Source: Octopus vulgaris
Lineage: Eukaryota
NCBI GenBank assembly: GCA_951406725.2
Contig: OX597817.1
Location: forward strand, 20,460,001-20,524,000
Length of the DNA: 64,000 nucleotides
Direction: 5' to 3'
A program made the position numbers and the translations under genes. Below, in pieces: positions 13,317 through 26,252 of this stretch. Under the pieces are notes generated by a model. The model was not told the DNA's origin and ran no database searches. It worked only from the letters and a program-made list of their open reading frames with translations. Positions within the stretch are counted from its first letter, which is position 1; each line of letters starts with the position of its first letter.

Positions 13317-13349
13317 TACACACACACACACACTCACACACACACACAT

Positions 13350-14555
13350 GGTCCAGGCCATGTCTAACTTAATAGCACCACCTGATAGGATTATTTGAAT
13401 CCTGTTTAAGTCAAGTTTTGTTTATGGTCCATTCAAGTAGTGAGTTTTTGTTGGGTGTGTTGTATCCAATTATGGGTGGCTTATCTAGTATTCCTTGAAG
13501 GAATCTATCCAGACTGCGTTTAAAGTTGATGGGATCCTTTTCCTCTTTGATCTCTTTCGGGACAATGTTAAATAGGACAGGGGCTGTTGAGGAAAAGAAA
13601 TTATGTTGCAGTGTACATGTATGCTGTGATCCTGAATTGGGCAGGGGACGTATCGCCCGTGGTCCCATCCTTGGATGAACCTTGAAGCTAATGTTTAGGT
13701 CGTTTGGGCAAAGTTGGCGGTATATTCTCCACATCGTACAAATGATGTACCGCTCGCGGCGACGCTGGAGAGAGTAGAGTTTCAAGGCTTTAAGGCGATC
13801 CCAATAATCGAGAGCAGCCATGCCTTCAATTCGTTTAGTGAGTGTCCTCTGGGGTGATTCAATCCTCGAGATGTTTTGTCTTGTATGGGGAGACCACAGT
13901 GGGCAGCAGTATTCGAGGTGTGGCTGTACAAAGGAGGAGAAAAGTGGTATGATGACACCTTTCTCTGGACCGGAAAGTTCCAGGAACTCATCCAACGACC
14001 TATATCGACCTTCTTGTTTATGTGTGCACTCCAACGGAGATCGTCATCAACAATTACACTCAGGTCTCTGATATTGTTAGAGGCTGTGAGCGGTTGCCCT
14101 GAAGGAAGAGAGTATGGTTGTTTTAGTGATGAATTTCTTCCAAAATGCATCAGCTCAAATTTTCCCTCATTAAGTTGCATTTTGTTTCTGGAAAGGTCGT
14201 TTATGTAATTTATGAAGAGTAGCGGACCCAAGACAGTCCCCTGAGGGACACCGCTGGTGACTTTAGCTGGGCTTGAGTGGAATACATCAACTACAACATG
14301 TGTTCTATTCGCCAGGAAATACTTAATCCAGTGTAGAACTTTTCCACGGTTTCCAACATTTACAAATTATGAGAGTAGGATATTATGGTCTACCCTGTCG
14401 AACGCTTTACTGAAGTAAGATATATGACATCAGAGTTCGAACCTGTTCTCAAGGATTTGAGTACATCTTCAATGTGGTGTAAGAGCTGTGTTAGACAGTC
14501 CCTGCCACAGCGAAAGCCATGCTGATTTGCATTTAGGAGTTTGTTGGTCTCCAGA
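13350..14555 (-). mobile_element. 5'-truncated CR1/L2-group LINE (RT C-terminal half plus 3' UTR), disrupted
   Basis: Motifs FSKAFDRVDH, SGVPQGTVLGPLLFINYINDL, QPHLEYCCPLWSP and YWDRLKALKLYSLQRRRERY, split over frames (ORFs 13411-14034 and 13782-14231). Flanked by microsatellites. Confidence 0.9.
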
Positions 14556-14605
14556 CATATATATACATATATATATGTTCACATATATATATTTATATGT
14601 ATATT

Positions 14606-14707
<102 letters not shown>

Positions 14708-14779
14708 TACAGGACTAGAACTGTTTCATTCAAAAGAGTACCTTATTTACTGTGGTTAACCCCGACTCAACTCGGGACC

Positions 14780-14894
<115 letters not shown>

Positions 14895-15503
14895 TTGTAT
14901 GTAAACATATATACGTTTTAGAAATAGTCTTATATCTTTTACATGCCAAGTAACAATTGCGAATTATTTACGTCTCTTCAATCAGCCACATTAAAACTTG
15001 AATAATATAAATTACAAAAAGGAATTTATGTATCGTTCAGTTGTGTCCAATTGTGTACTTCAGGTTATGACAACGCGCATTTGTGGATAATGCTTATGAT
15101 GTATCAAAACAATCAGCCTTAAAATTAAGACGATTATTCCAGAAGATTTAACCTGCAATATATGGTGTAAATCACAGATGCTTCAGTTATCTGTATCATT
15201 TAGAATATATATATGGGCAAATCAGTTATATACGTTAGAGAGAGCAACACATTGCTATGCAAGTCAGCTGATACAACACCAAAGAAAATACATGGAACAT
15301 ATTTTGAGAAACTAAAATCATGCATACACTAATAAACAACATAAAATTTCGAAAGCGTGGGCCTTTATTAGCTTTGGAATAAGCACCCATAAAATAAAGT
15401 ATTTCGTATAAGTTATTTAATAAATCAGACACAAAAAATCGTTAGAGTTTACAGTAGTGTATACCACATAAAACATTGCTTCCTTCTATGTATATACAGA
15501 CCC

Positions 15504-15555
<52 letters not shown>

Positions 15556-15571
15556 GCATGCATACATATGT

Positions 15572-15603
<32 letters not shown>

Positions 15604-15604
15604 T

Positions 15605-15812
15605 CAAAATGTGACCGCGTGTGTACCGTTGGCGATTTTTTCCCTCCGTCTTGCCTGCTTTGGATCTTTCCTTTTTCTATGTTTCTGACGAAGTGCCCCG
15701 CTCGAAACGTTAAACCCTCCTTCTTTCTTCCCTTCCTGAGCGTTCAATTATACTATATTTGTTCCACGTCCTCGCGTTGTTGTGTTTTCTCTTTGTGTTT
15801 TCATGTTTTGAT

Positions 15813-15818
<6 letters not shown>
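15605..15818 (+). mobile_element. Penelope-like pseudo-LTR fragment between (TA)n tracts
   Basis: Contains a minimal hammerhead followed by a pyrimidine-rich 3' region ending at (TA)n. Confidence 0.7.
15681..15715 (+). ncRNA. Minimal type I hammerhead ribozyme motif
   Basis: gttt-CTGACGA-a-gtgc ccc gctc-GAAAC-GTT-aaac. Stem I is gttt/aaac, stem III is the palindrome AACGTT, and stem II has one mismatch. Confidence 0.7.
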
Positions 15819-15861
<43 letters not shown>

Positions 15862-15889
15862 GCATGCATACATATGTACACACACACAC

Positions 15890-15960
<71 letters not shown>

Positions 15961-16897
15961 GAGTGAGAGGGAGACAGAGAAAGAGTTTTTATGAAGTTTT
16001 GAATAGAAAGTGTTGCCCTTTCAAAGGGGTGTATTTTATCCAAACGAACACAGGTTTAGCTGCATATCGATTAATATACTTTGGATTTCATTAATTTGTC
16101 CTTGTGTCAGTGTTAGCACTTATGAAGTTCCAGTTGTAGCTATAGATGTTTTCGTCCAGTCCATATAAGAGAACATAACTTTGATAATATAATATAAGGA
16201 AAATGGACAGTTTAAACACCAAAAAATCAATTTATGTATAAAATAATCATTTTCATATCACCTATGTATGTTTCAATTCGTTACTTTCATTCATATTTTG
16301 CATTTAAAAGGTAAAACACTCTTCAGGGGAAAATCTGACAAATATTCATTCACATCATAATGGATGGAGTTGCTTAAAGCTGGAGTTAGAAGCATGCTTT
16401 TGTGAGTTTTATGTTTGTCCCCAAGTGCGATTTTGGGATTACCATCTGAAAATAGCTTCAGGTTAAACTACAACCAAAGTGTAGTTCTGAAGAACTAGGT
16501 CATACTACTATTCTCCTTAGATTGGTTCTATAATGGCTGGCTACCGCTCCTATCTCCAACAAATTTTGAAAAGAATAAAAATAAACGATATATTACCGAG
16601 AATCTAAATCAATATATTTACATAAACTAAACCTATTCAGTTGTGAAAACTTCAATACTTGTTACAATTTTTATTTATGTACACTTGATAGTCTTATTTG
16701 ATGTTACTCTAGATTTTTATACATATGTTTAGTTAATTTAATGTTTATATTATGTATGGGTATATTTCACCGGGTATCACACGTATAGAATGGAGTTAAA
16801 CTATTTTCAAATGATAAGGGTACATTTCATTTTAAGGCTACTTCTTATGTTTATTTTATTATAATTGTTATCATTCACGGAGTGTTTAAATGTGGTT

Positions 16898-16944
<47 letters not shown>

Positions 16945-17038
16945 CATACCCATAAACACACCCTTACATAATACATATATGTATGTACATATATACACAC
17001 AGGCGCATACACACACATATATACATATATATATATAT

Positions 17039-17090
<52 letters not shown>

Positions 17091-17847
17091 TAGATACACA
17101 TTTCTTTTCTCGATGAATATAACAATTTCGCTATCCGTCATTTATTTAATATACGTGTTAAATTATTTGATTTGATACATGAGGCGATAGTAAGGGTTTT
17201 TTATGTGTATTCCTCTATTTGATTAATTTATATTTATTTATTCACATAATGCTTATTTAATTATATTTATTTGGAACTACTAGGTGTATGTCTATTCGTA
17301 TAATGTCTATCGGATCTTTTTATTGGAATCTATTAAACATATATTTAATCCTATGTGGGAAACAAAAACCTCTACTTAGATGTAATAATATGGACAATTT
17401 CCTCAACGCATAATCCAAAAATTATGCTTCTAATGCTATAAGAAGTTGCTCTGCTAATTACTTGCCCCGTTAGTGTATATTACTTATTTTTGTCTTTAAT
17501 TTTCCAAATATATCTACTTAAGCTTGTGCTAATTTTTTTCCTCGTATCTCGAAATGTACTTTCATGGTTGGCTACCCTTCCTTTTAAATAATTTTCCGCA
17601 GAGCCTCTATACTAGTATTCCTGCCCCCCATCCACCCCTGGCGTTAATTTACACCTATATATTATACTTTTTCTCTACAAATATTTACTAACATACATCT
17701 ATTTTTATTTTTATTGGCACCATCAAAGGTTTAATTTTCAGGACCTTTCGTTGTTTTCTTATTACTAATGCTGTGCCTATTTTTTCCTTTTTGAGTGTTA
17801 TTGAATTTTTGTTTATTTCTTTTGTTACGAGACTTAGCTAATGACTT

Positions 17848-17866
17848 ATCTTCTTCTTCATTTTCT

Positions 17867-17933
<67 letters not shown>

Positions 17934-17945
17934 TTTCCTCTTCTT
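17848..17945. repeat. (CTT)n microsatellite
   Basis: Read directly. Confidence 0.95.
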
Positions 17946-18103
17946 TTTTTCATCTTTTTCTTCTCCCCATCCTCCTCCTTCCTCTTTCCTATTCTTATCC
18001 ATTTTAATATTTATTTTGTCACTTATTTTATGTTTATTTTTGCTACTATAAGTATCAGCATATATATTTAAATTATTTGCATTAGTGTTTTTATTATCCT
18101 TAT

Positions 18104-18253
18104 TCGAAGCTGCATCGAACTCTCTCACGCACCAAATGGCAATTGCTAAAGAGCATTCGTGAAGTAAAATCATGTAGCAACACCAAATGGCGGTGCCCCA
18201 GCATGGCCACAGCTTGTGAGCTGAAACTAGATAAAAATTTAAAAAATTTAAAA
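18104..18253 (+). mobile_element. Short 3' end of a LINE-like element sharing its tail with SINE family A
   Basis: ggcggtgccccagcatggccacagc..gctgaaactagataaaa, followed by A-rich repeats. Confidence 0.6.
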
Positions 18254-19929
18254 GTAAAAATATTCTTATTATTAGATTTATTTATTCTTCTTTTTGTAGG
18301 CTGCAATTTTACATATTTCGATTTTATTGAGGAGATATTAAGGGTTACTTTTCTTCCTTTGTTGTGTGTTTCTTACTATCGTTACGATGTACATCATTTT
18401 GGCCGTTACGTAAATGATTTATATTCTACTTATTCCTATTATAATAGAAATCATTTAATTCTTTCGTATTTAGTGCAGATATAATTTGTGCAATATGTTT
18501 TGAAACGCAGAAACTCACCCTTAATTTGCGTGAGGTTATTATTTTGTTATATTTATTTTCATTTGAAAACTGTTTGGTTTCCGCATTGTAAAATAATTTA
18601 ACTATATTGGTTCTAATCTCTTTTGCAAATGCTATTATGAACCTTGCTATATTATATTCATAGCATTTTTTCTGGGGTTTATTTACTTTTATTAATGGTT
18701 TGTAATTTATTACAGAATTATTATGCATATAACCCTTTAGGTTCTCAATTACATACCTCTTTGCTATTTCCTGTCCTATTTAAGTTTTTATTTAATTAGT
18801 CTCCATTTTCATTATTATAGTGTTTTTCTATCTTGTTAGATCCTCGGTGTTTCTATCTTTGTTGTTTCTTTTTGGTTTATTTATGTTTCCTATTTGTTTC
18901 TTCGTGTTCATTCGTAAATTATTCTCATCGATTTTATACAGAATTTCATCTGTAATAAGTGTTTGCATGTGTCTATTTTTTCTCTATTTTAATCATATTA
19001 TTGTGAATACCGTTTTGTGTATAGTACTTATTAGAATTTGTTTGGTTCATAGTATTTGAATTTTTGTTTCTATCTTATTCATGCGTATAGTTCCTATCAT
19101 TAAATTTATCCTTGGTCCATAGTATTTTAATTTATGCTTGTATTCTGCTTTATTCGGTGCTATATTATAATAGTCCGCATTCTGTTAAAAAATGGTCTCT
19201 TTCGTTTAGAATTTCGGAATCCCTTTTGATATATTTTCAAATAGTCTATGTGTAATGCTTATTGCATGGCTACTATTTATGCTAATCTATCTTAGGCTGG
19301 TATTCGGCTTAATATAGGGCTTATATCTCCCTGTTTCTAGATTGAATTTTCCATAGTTACGAATAGTCCTATGTTCTTCAGGAATTTATAAAATATTTTC
19401 TTATATATTTCCATTCTCCTATCAGATAGGTTACCTCGTGTAAAACGTGCGTCATTCCTATATAAACAGACCCCTAGCTCCAGATAGTCCTTACTTAAGT
19501 TAAATAATATATAAACTCCCAGGATTTACATACGTTTAATAAATTCAAATACATAAAATTAAATATACATTATAAGAATAGACACATGTGTACTAATTCC
19601 AAACAAATATAACTAAATAAGCATTATGAGAATAAATAAATGTCTAAAACTAATAATTCTAGATTAATCCTATAGAGGAATATACATTGAATCCCTTACT
19701 ATCAGCTGATGTACCAAAACATATACGCGCGTTAGATATTTTCCTCGATAGGTAACTGTGTAGTCTCTGTTTATAAAACACGCAATTCCGCAGCTCATGC
19801 TTTTGGCTAAGTTACAAGAAAAGACTAAAAATAGATATCTAGCATCTGGAATGTCATTAGGACGTCAATGATCTCTACCGTCGGTAGAATTTCTACGGTA
19901 GCAATATATAGATATCTAAAGATGGGTTA

Positions 19930-20580
19930 GATTGGTGACATTTACGGGGAAGCTCTATGCGTCGACAAGGTTGAAGAAACTTCTCTATTTTGGAGGATGT
20001 CTGGGTCCAGTATTACTATGAATAACTTCAGGAAAAGACTGCGGGGGAAGTGCACCTCAGGAGCACTCCCAGTTTAAGATAAATTCTATAGGGACTGGAA
20101 ACCATATCAAGCGGGACTGTCCAAGATGCGCTCAGAGCGACGCAACCGTTCTACATGCACTCTTACAGTGTCCGAGTATTGCAGACTAATGGAGTTACGT
20201 GTAACAGCTATTATTGCGTGTGAGGCGAATCTAATTATTGACCAAATCCATCTTGAGGACCACCCCACTACTTCTAACAAGGCAGAGCAGGTGGTGTTTC
20301 TCTGTTTAGTGGCTATTGCGGAAGAGAGTGTGTCGGACGAGGCTGAAAGAATTGCGGAAAGACTCTTCTCTTCAATCGAGTTTTTAATTAACTTTTCCGC
20401 TTGGAAAATAAAGTAAGGGTGGAGAGGGAACTGCTATATCTCAGAAGGTTTAGGAAAGTATGAGTGGAGTGACTATGGCAAAAATCGTGAGAGTGACAGG
20501 CTTTTCTCTGAGTATGAGCTGGCAGTTTGGAGAGCATAAGAGAAGGCTCTTACCTTTGGTGGACAGAGTAAGTTTTGTTA
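19930..20580 (+). mobile_element. L1/Tx1-like LINE ORF2 C-terminal remnant
   Basis: Manual translation at ~20112-20190 gives RDCPRCAQSDATVLHALLQCPSIAD (CCHC knuckle). Downstream reads VFLCLVAIAEE. Boundaries approximate. Confidence 0.65.
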
Positions 20581-20896
20581 TTACGGTATATTGGTAATAC
20601 CGAATAAATTTTCAAACTCGGACAGTTGATTGCATTATTCTCATTTATACATATATAATGCAGAGGCGTTCTACGTACATTTAGAGATAAATACAAACTA
20701 CGGCTAAGTTATTAAATTCCATCTAATATCTGATGTATTTATTAAAATAAGAGTTCAATGGAGACATATAATTTCAGTTACAGAGAGGGAGCGCTAAGCA
20801 GTGATAAGTAAAATTGTAAGCTATTATCAGACACGTTCGAATCAGTGAGCAAGCTAATCACTGCGGTTTGCCAGGGAAAATATATTTGTCAACAAA

Positions 20897-21403
20897 TATG
20901 TACACCTAGATCAGCTCACAGAACCATCTGCCCAGACTGTGAGATGCAAGCATTTCTGAGTAATTATTTCTTCCTCGGTAACGGATACCAGGCTGGTGGC
21001 GCTACGAGCTGTTTGAAGAGGTTGATTCTCTTAACTTCCTCAATACACCTGATGAAGGCTGGAGGGTATATCAACCGAAACGTTGTGTTAAAAACAAACA
21101 AAATGATGACAAATACCCGTCAAATGTAAATAATGTAAATATTGTACATAATTTCTCATCTCTTACTCATAAAACTGAATAATATTACCACTGTACTTAT
21201 CGCTACCCTCTTCCATAACATAGGGTGAGCCACCTCACAGCGCTAGCGGTCACCGTATGGAAACTACAAACGCATAAGGGAGTCGGTATCACTAATCAGC
21301 GCCGCCTGCATGGTGTCTGTAACCGAAGAGGAGATAACTACTCTGAAATGCTTGCATCTCACGGTCGGAGGAGATGGCGCTGCAAGCTGATCCAAATGTA
21401 CAC
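20897..21403. repeat. Imperfect inverted repeat (MITE-like) enclosing a PLE fragment
   Basis: 20897-21003 vs 21298-21403 (gtgagatgcaagcatttc / gaaatgcttgcatctcac). Confidence 0.7.
21045..21088 (+). ncRNA. Minimal type I hammerhead ribozyme in PLE pseudo-LTR fragment (~21040-21180)
   Basis: acac-CTGATGA-a-ggctg gagggtatat caacc-GAAAC-GTT-gtgt. Stem I is acac/gtgt. Confidence 0.75.
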
Positions 21404-21934
21404 ACACCATTTGTCAACAGACGGGATATATTTTCTGCGACGAAATGCAGTGAGTAGCCTGTTCCCAAGTTCAAACGTACCTCAAGCATATTTGGACTGG
21501 CAATAATATTACAATATAATTTTATTATATGTCAGTAATTGAGCTGTTGTAAAGTTTTGTTCAGAATCCTGTAAGACACTTCAGTTTCTTTTTGCATAAG
21601 AAAAACTATGTTTTGATCTTCATGTATCTATCAGCCACTTCTTCGACGTAAATATTCACGTCAGTTATACACATGCCACAGACTGAATTCGCACATGTGT
21701 GTCATCATTTACGTCAACAAAGATTCATTTTCTACTGAATATTTTTTCAAAGTGAACATTCTAAATACAGGAAACTGCACTTCTTCATAAAACAAATGAG
21801 AACATAGTAATACTGAACCGCTGCGGAAATACACATATTGATATTTCAACTAGAATTTTTGATAAGCTTGCCTCTCCTCGTACCCACTCCCATTCTTTTC
21901 CAAATTTCTCGCAATGATGAAGCTGATGAGGTCT

Positions 21935-22339
21935 CTCTTTTACTCTCTTTTACTTGTTTCAGTCATTTGACTGCGGCCATACTAGAGCACCGCCTTAATC
22001 AAGCAAAGCGACCCCAGGACTATTCTTTGTAAGCCTAGTACCTATTATATCGGTCTCTTTGCCGAACCGCTAAGTTACGCGGACGTAAACACACCAGCCT
22101 CGACTGTCAAGCGATGTTGTGGGGACAAACACAGACACACAAACATATACGTACATACATGTATACATATACATATATACGACTGGCTTTCAGTTTCCGT
22201 CTACCAAATCCACTCACAAGGATTTGGTCGGCTCGATGCTATAGTAGGCGACACTTGTCCAAGGTGCCACGCAGTGGGACTGAACCCACAGCCATGTGGT
22301 TCGTAAGCAAGCTACTTACCATACAGCCACTGCTGCGCC
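21935..22339 (-). mobile_element. SINE family A, full length
   Basis: Head, internal microsatellite and (aaaagagt)-type tail are all present. Confidence 0.92.
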
Positions 22340-22784
22340 TATATATAAGGTCTCGGTTTTCTGTGTCCAAATTCGGGTACGGCAATCATAAATTTCTCCA
22401 TAAATCGAATCAGATTTTCGAGCCAAAATAAATAAAGAAGTGATCATACACGGCTTTTAAGATGATCATGGTTGTCATTGTAAATGATGCGAATTAACTT
22501 GGATAGGTGACTGAAAATATGCTACTATCAATTTTTAAGCTACGCTGTGAAATTGTAGGGAACCGTACTATTATATGAACACCAGTTTGCACCATTCTTC
22601 CACACAATATTAACCGATGATCTAGAGAAAGCTAAATTGAATATAACATCATGGAAATGAATCCGATGCCAGCCCGTTGTACGATTTATCGCATGACAGG
22701 CAGGTAGTTGCTGACAGAATTTGTTTATTTAATAGCGCTTATTCGCAGTTTAACGCGTTTCCGCAAATTTTAAACGTAAAATTA

Positions 22785-22791
22785 TGATGAA

Positions 22792-22829
<38 letters not shown>

Positions 22830-22840
22830 CTATGATGATG

Positions 22841-22872
<32 letters not shown>

Positions 22873-22885
22873 GATGATGGCGATG
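22785..22885. repeat. (GAT)n microsatellite
   Basis: Read directly. Confidence 0.95.
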
Positions 22886-23790
22886 AGGACTCGGGGACCA
22901 CAATATTGATAATGGTGTGATGGTGATGGCAAGGGGAATGTAGTGTTTAGGATGATGTTACTAATAATCATTGTCATAAGCATGAGGATAACACATATTT
23001 TCACAGTGCCTTTGGATGAAATGGACATTAGAATGTGTGGCCACCATTTGTAATTGTGCTTACTATAAAATCGTATCAACAGGAAAATTTAGAAGAAATC
23101 AGAGGAAACATATACTAATCAACGACCTTTTCACAAATTCGCCGCACTTAATTTTGCACTCACTATTTTTCTTGGGTGAATATTAAAGCAATTCGACGTG
23201 GGATCGACCGAAGAAAACGGATTAACGGAGATAAATACACAGCCTGTCCAGTGGAGCAATGATGCAATCTTCAAGATGAACATGGCTGTGCATTCGATTC
23301 GTCATACATACTGCAGACGCTGTTCAATCTATCTCCACAAATACAACACATTTTTGACATTCTACGTGAGAGCTGAATTTTAATGCCTTTCTATGCACAT
23401 CTGCGGAAACTCTGACTACCATGATGCGTGCTTCTAGAGATTTCGTCTTGAAGTGACAGTCATCTATCTATATTACAGACCTAAATATTCCTAGGATCAC
23501 TTCATAGTACTTAATGGCGTGGAAATTTTCTTCAAAAGATTAGTGAGGTTGTCCTCGACATCTTGAGCTATACTGCGTTCCTCTGAGTTCCTTGATTTGA
23601 TAATTCCAGTACGGAGGTCACCTCAATGTTGACATGAGGAAATCCGAGCCGAACAGTAGAGGACAATACACAATGATATAAAAAGCCTTATTTGAAAAGA
23701 AAAAAACCCCGCTTGAATTAAATGGTAATTATGCTTTTACAACAAATCAAATGCAACGAACATCTTGTAACTAAGACTGTATCTACTATA

Positions 23791-24342
23791 TTAGGTCGTC
23801 AAGTATGAACTTTTTAGAAAACCAAAAAAGGTTTGCTAATGTTTTATAAATACAAGGAATAATATTATTCATCAAAGTATGCACCCATATTGTCAATAAA
23901 ATTCTGCCATTTCAGCTGTAGCATGTCCAGCCTGGAACTGTAAAAGCCTGGAAATCTAGAGTCAATAATTTCTTGGAAGGCTTGTTTTACAACATCGTTG
24001 TTATTAAGTTCTGTTCATATTAAAAATTTATCCAAATTCTAGAAGTGGAAGTCAATGGGGGCAAGATCAGGTGAGAATGTTTGATGATGGAGAACATCAA
24101 ACTCTAAGTCCAGTAGTTTCACCAATGTCGTATTTGCGATGTGTGGTATGGCGTTGTCCTGCAATAAAATTGGAGTGGATCTGTTGACTAATGTAGGCTG
24201 TTGTTTGTAAGTTTCTGCATCATTTGTTCCGATTAGCTGCAGTATACTTTGGTCGTGATTGATGAAACAGGTTTAATGAAATGATAATGGATCACACCTG
24301 CGCCAGACCACCAAACACACGCCATCAGCTTCTTTTGATTAC
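23791..24342 (-). mobile_element. Mariner (DD34D-type) transposon 3' remnant
   Basis: Minus strand gives QKKLMACVWWSGAGVIHYHFIKP...LVNRSTPILLQDNAIPH. TA|ttaggtcg TIR-like end. Confidence 0.8.
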
Positions 24343-24344
24343 GC

Positions 24345-25473
24345 AATTCACTCTGGCATAAATTTAGAAACGAGCTGCTATACTGCTTGGCATTCGTGGA
24401 TGTTCCAAAACGAACATTTCAGAGTGTCTGGCTGTCAATCTTAGGACAATGCAGTGGATTCGGAAAGAGATTCATGAGACTAATGGTCATTATGAAGGTA
24501 CGGCAGCTCGCAAACCTCACTCATATCGTTGTGATAAGAAAATGACACCTAAAGTTGTTCGTGAGATCCAGGCTATGATTGAAAATGATCTCTCCAAGTC
24601 AATCAGGTTCTTCGCCTGGGATATGAGCTTTGTATCAAGTTGGTAGTGCATGAGACATTCCGTATTTCTCATAAAAGACGAGAAACGCCAATTTTTATCT
24701 CAAACCATCGAAGACAAGTGGAATGACTGTGCTACCAAGCTTTTGAGCAAACTCAAGATTCCCTTCCAACCGAAGATATTTTTCTTTCTGGCGCGGATCA
24801 GATGGTGAACACACGAATGACCGTTGGCTTGCCGTGTCCCAAAACATGTAACTAGAGTGATAAAAATCAAACATCCAGACAACATCATGGTAGTTGGAGC
24901 GATCACTAGTGATGGCGACATTATGCCTCCATTCATCTTCCTGCATGACATCAGACTCAACACTGAGACCTACATCAAGTATCTGGAGGAGGTAGTGTTG
25001 CCCTGGATTAACAGATTGGCTACTGGAAGACCCTGTGTTTGGCAACAGGACTCTGCACCATTCTACACTAGCTGGAGAACCCAGTCATGGCTCTCAGACA
25101 ATTTCTGCAACCGCATCACTCCTAATATCTGGCCACCTAACTCCCCAGATAGTATCTCCTTTGATTATCATGTGTGAGGCGCAGTTGAGCGAGAGACAAA
25201 CAAAACTCTTTGTAATACCAAGGGACTGAACGCAAGTATTACTGCAGCGTTCACTAACTTAAACAAGGAGACCATCCAAAAGGGTTGCATGAGATTCCGA
25301 AGTCGTCTGGAGGTTGTGATTGAAGCAAATGGCGATTTTATTGAATAAATTTACTCTTTAGTATTTTCAAAGATATATTTATGTAATTTTGGTAAATAAA
25401 TCTGTTAAAATGAGATGTCAGTGTCATTGACAGTTTTGCGTAATTTAGGCGACAATTTATTCACCACACCCTC
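24345..25473 (+). mobile_element. DD37D (maT-like) Tc1/mariner transposon, disrupted
   Basis: ORF 24824-25177 reads VWQQDSAP...WPPNSPDSISFDY, with 37 residues counted between the two Asp. Right TIR gacaatttattcaccacaccctc is followed by TA. Confidence 0.85.
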
Positions 25474-25476
25474 TAC

Positions 25477-25509
<33 letters not shown>

Positions 25510-25656
25510 TTGGTGAGAGAAGGGTGGTTGAAATATTATCTAGGAGTAAAGAGGTTTAGTTGCTGAGATACGAACTTAGCTTCGAAAGAATGCTATTTCA
25601 CCAGCAGATTTATCGGTGATGATGAGACATAACAATCGCACGATTTTAATATTGAT

Positions 25657-25757
25657 ACTGGCAGTATAACCAAGCTTTGCCCAGGATTAAGTTAGGATTA
25701 TTAAGCAAACTAGGTAACGTCGAGGTCAAAATTGCGCGAAATCCGTTGAAATTGGTT

Positions 25758-25815
<58 letters not shown>

Positions 25816-26252
25816 AATGTATGTGCAACACACACACACATACACATACGTACGCACGTACACCTATTGCATACAGGTTTTTTGTACGCATACATGTTCG
25901 TGTGTGTGTGTGTTGCCCGGATATCAACAAAACACTATTTTCCCCGATGAAAAAACAACAAATGCCTTAACAAAAACTTACTCGTCGCTAGAAGCGGATT
26001 TAACTCCTGTTTGCAAAGAATGGTGATTTGTCCGACATGAAAACTGTTAAAAGTTTTGGTTGAAAATTTATGTTTACTGCTATTCGCTGGTGCCTCTGCG
26101 GAAAAGAAGTTGACGAAAATAAAGCTAAGGCCATAATGAAAGTTTTCCTAAAATTGGAGCGACATGCGTGCTAATTTGTGGACGTGCATAAGCTGCCTTC
26201 ACGTACACACCCACACACACACACACACATCCTTCCTTTTATATATACAGAT
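25657..26252 (+). mobile_element. Possible Helentron-associated non-autonomous element (HINE/DINE-like), interrupted by microsatellite
   Basis: Starts actggcagtataaccaagctttgcccagg, has an internal (CA)n and ends ccttttatatatacagat. Recognised by recalled terminal motifs only. Confidence 0.4.

Larger units (their letters stand above)
17100..19720 (-). mobile_element. Decayed Penelope-like element with inverted pseudo-LTR
   Basis: Minus strand ~17630-17380 reads YRGSAENYLKGRVANHESTFRDTRKKISTSLSRYIWKIKDK (GIY-YIG region). ORF 18426-18728 has the PLE linker TNIVKLF..NKII..KLRVSFC..IAQII. 17170-17310 recurs inverted at 19560-19715. Confidence 0.8.

Noticed and set aside
13411-14034. 207-aa ORF as a host gene
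   Set aside because: Frameshifted C-terminus of a CR1-group LINE RT.
17795-18173. Poly-Ser/Leu/Lys ORFs
   Set aside because: Produced by (CTT)n.
21923-21940. CTGATGAG hammerhead-like core
   Set aside because: No stem II or GAAA follows.
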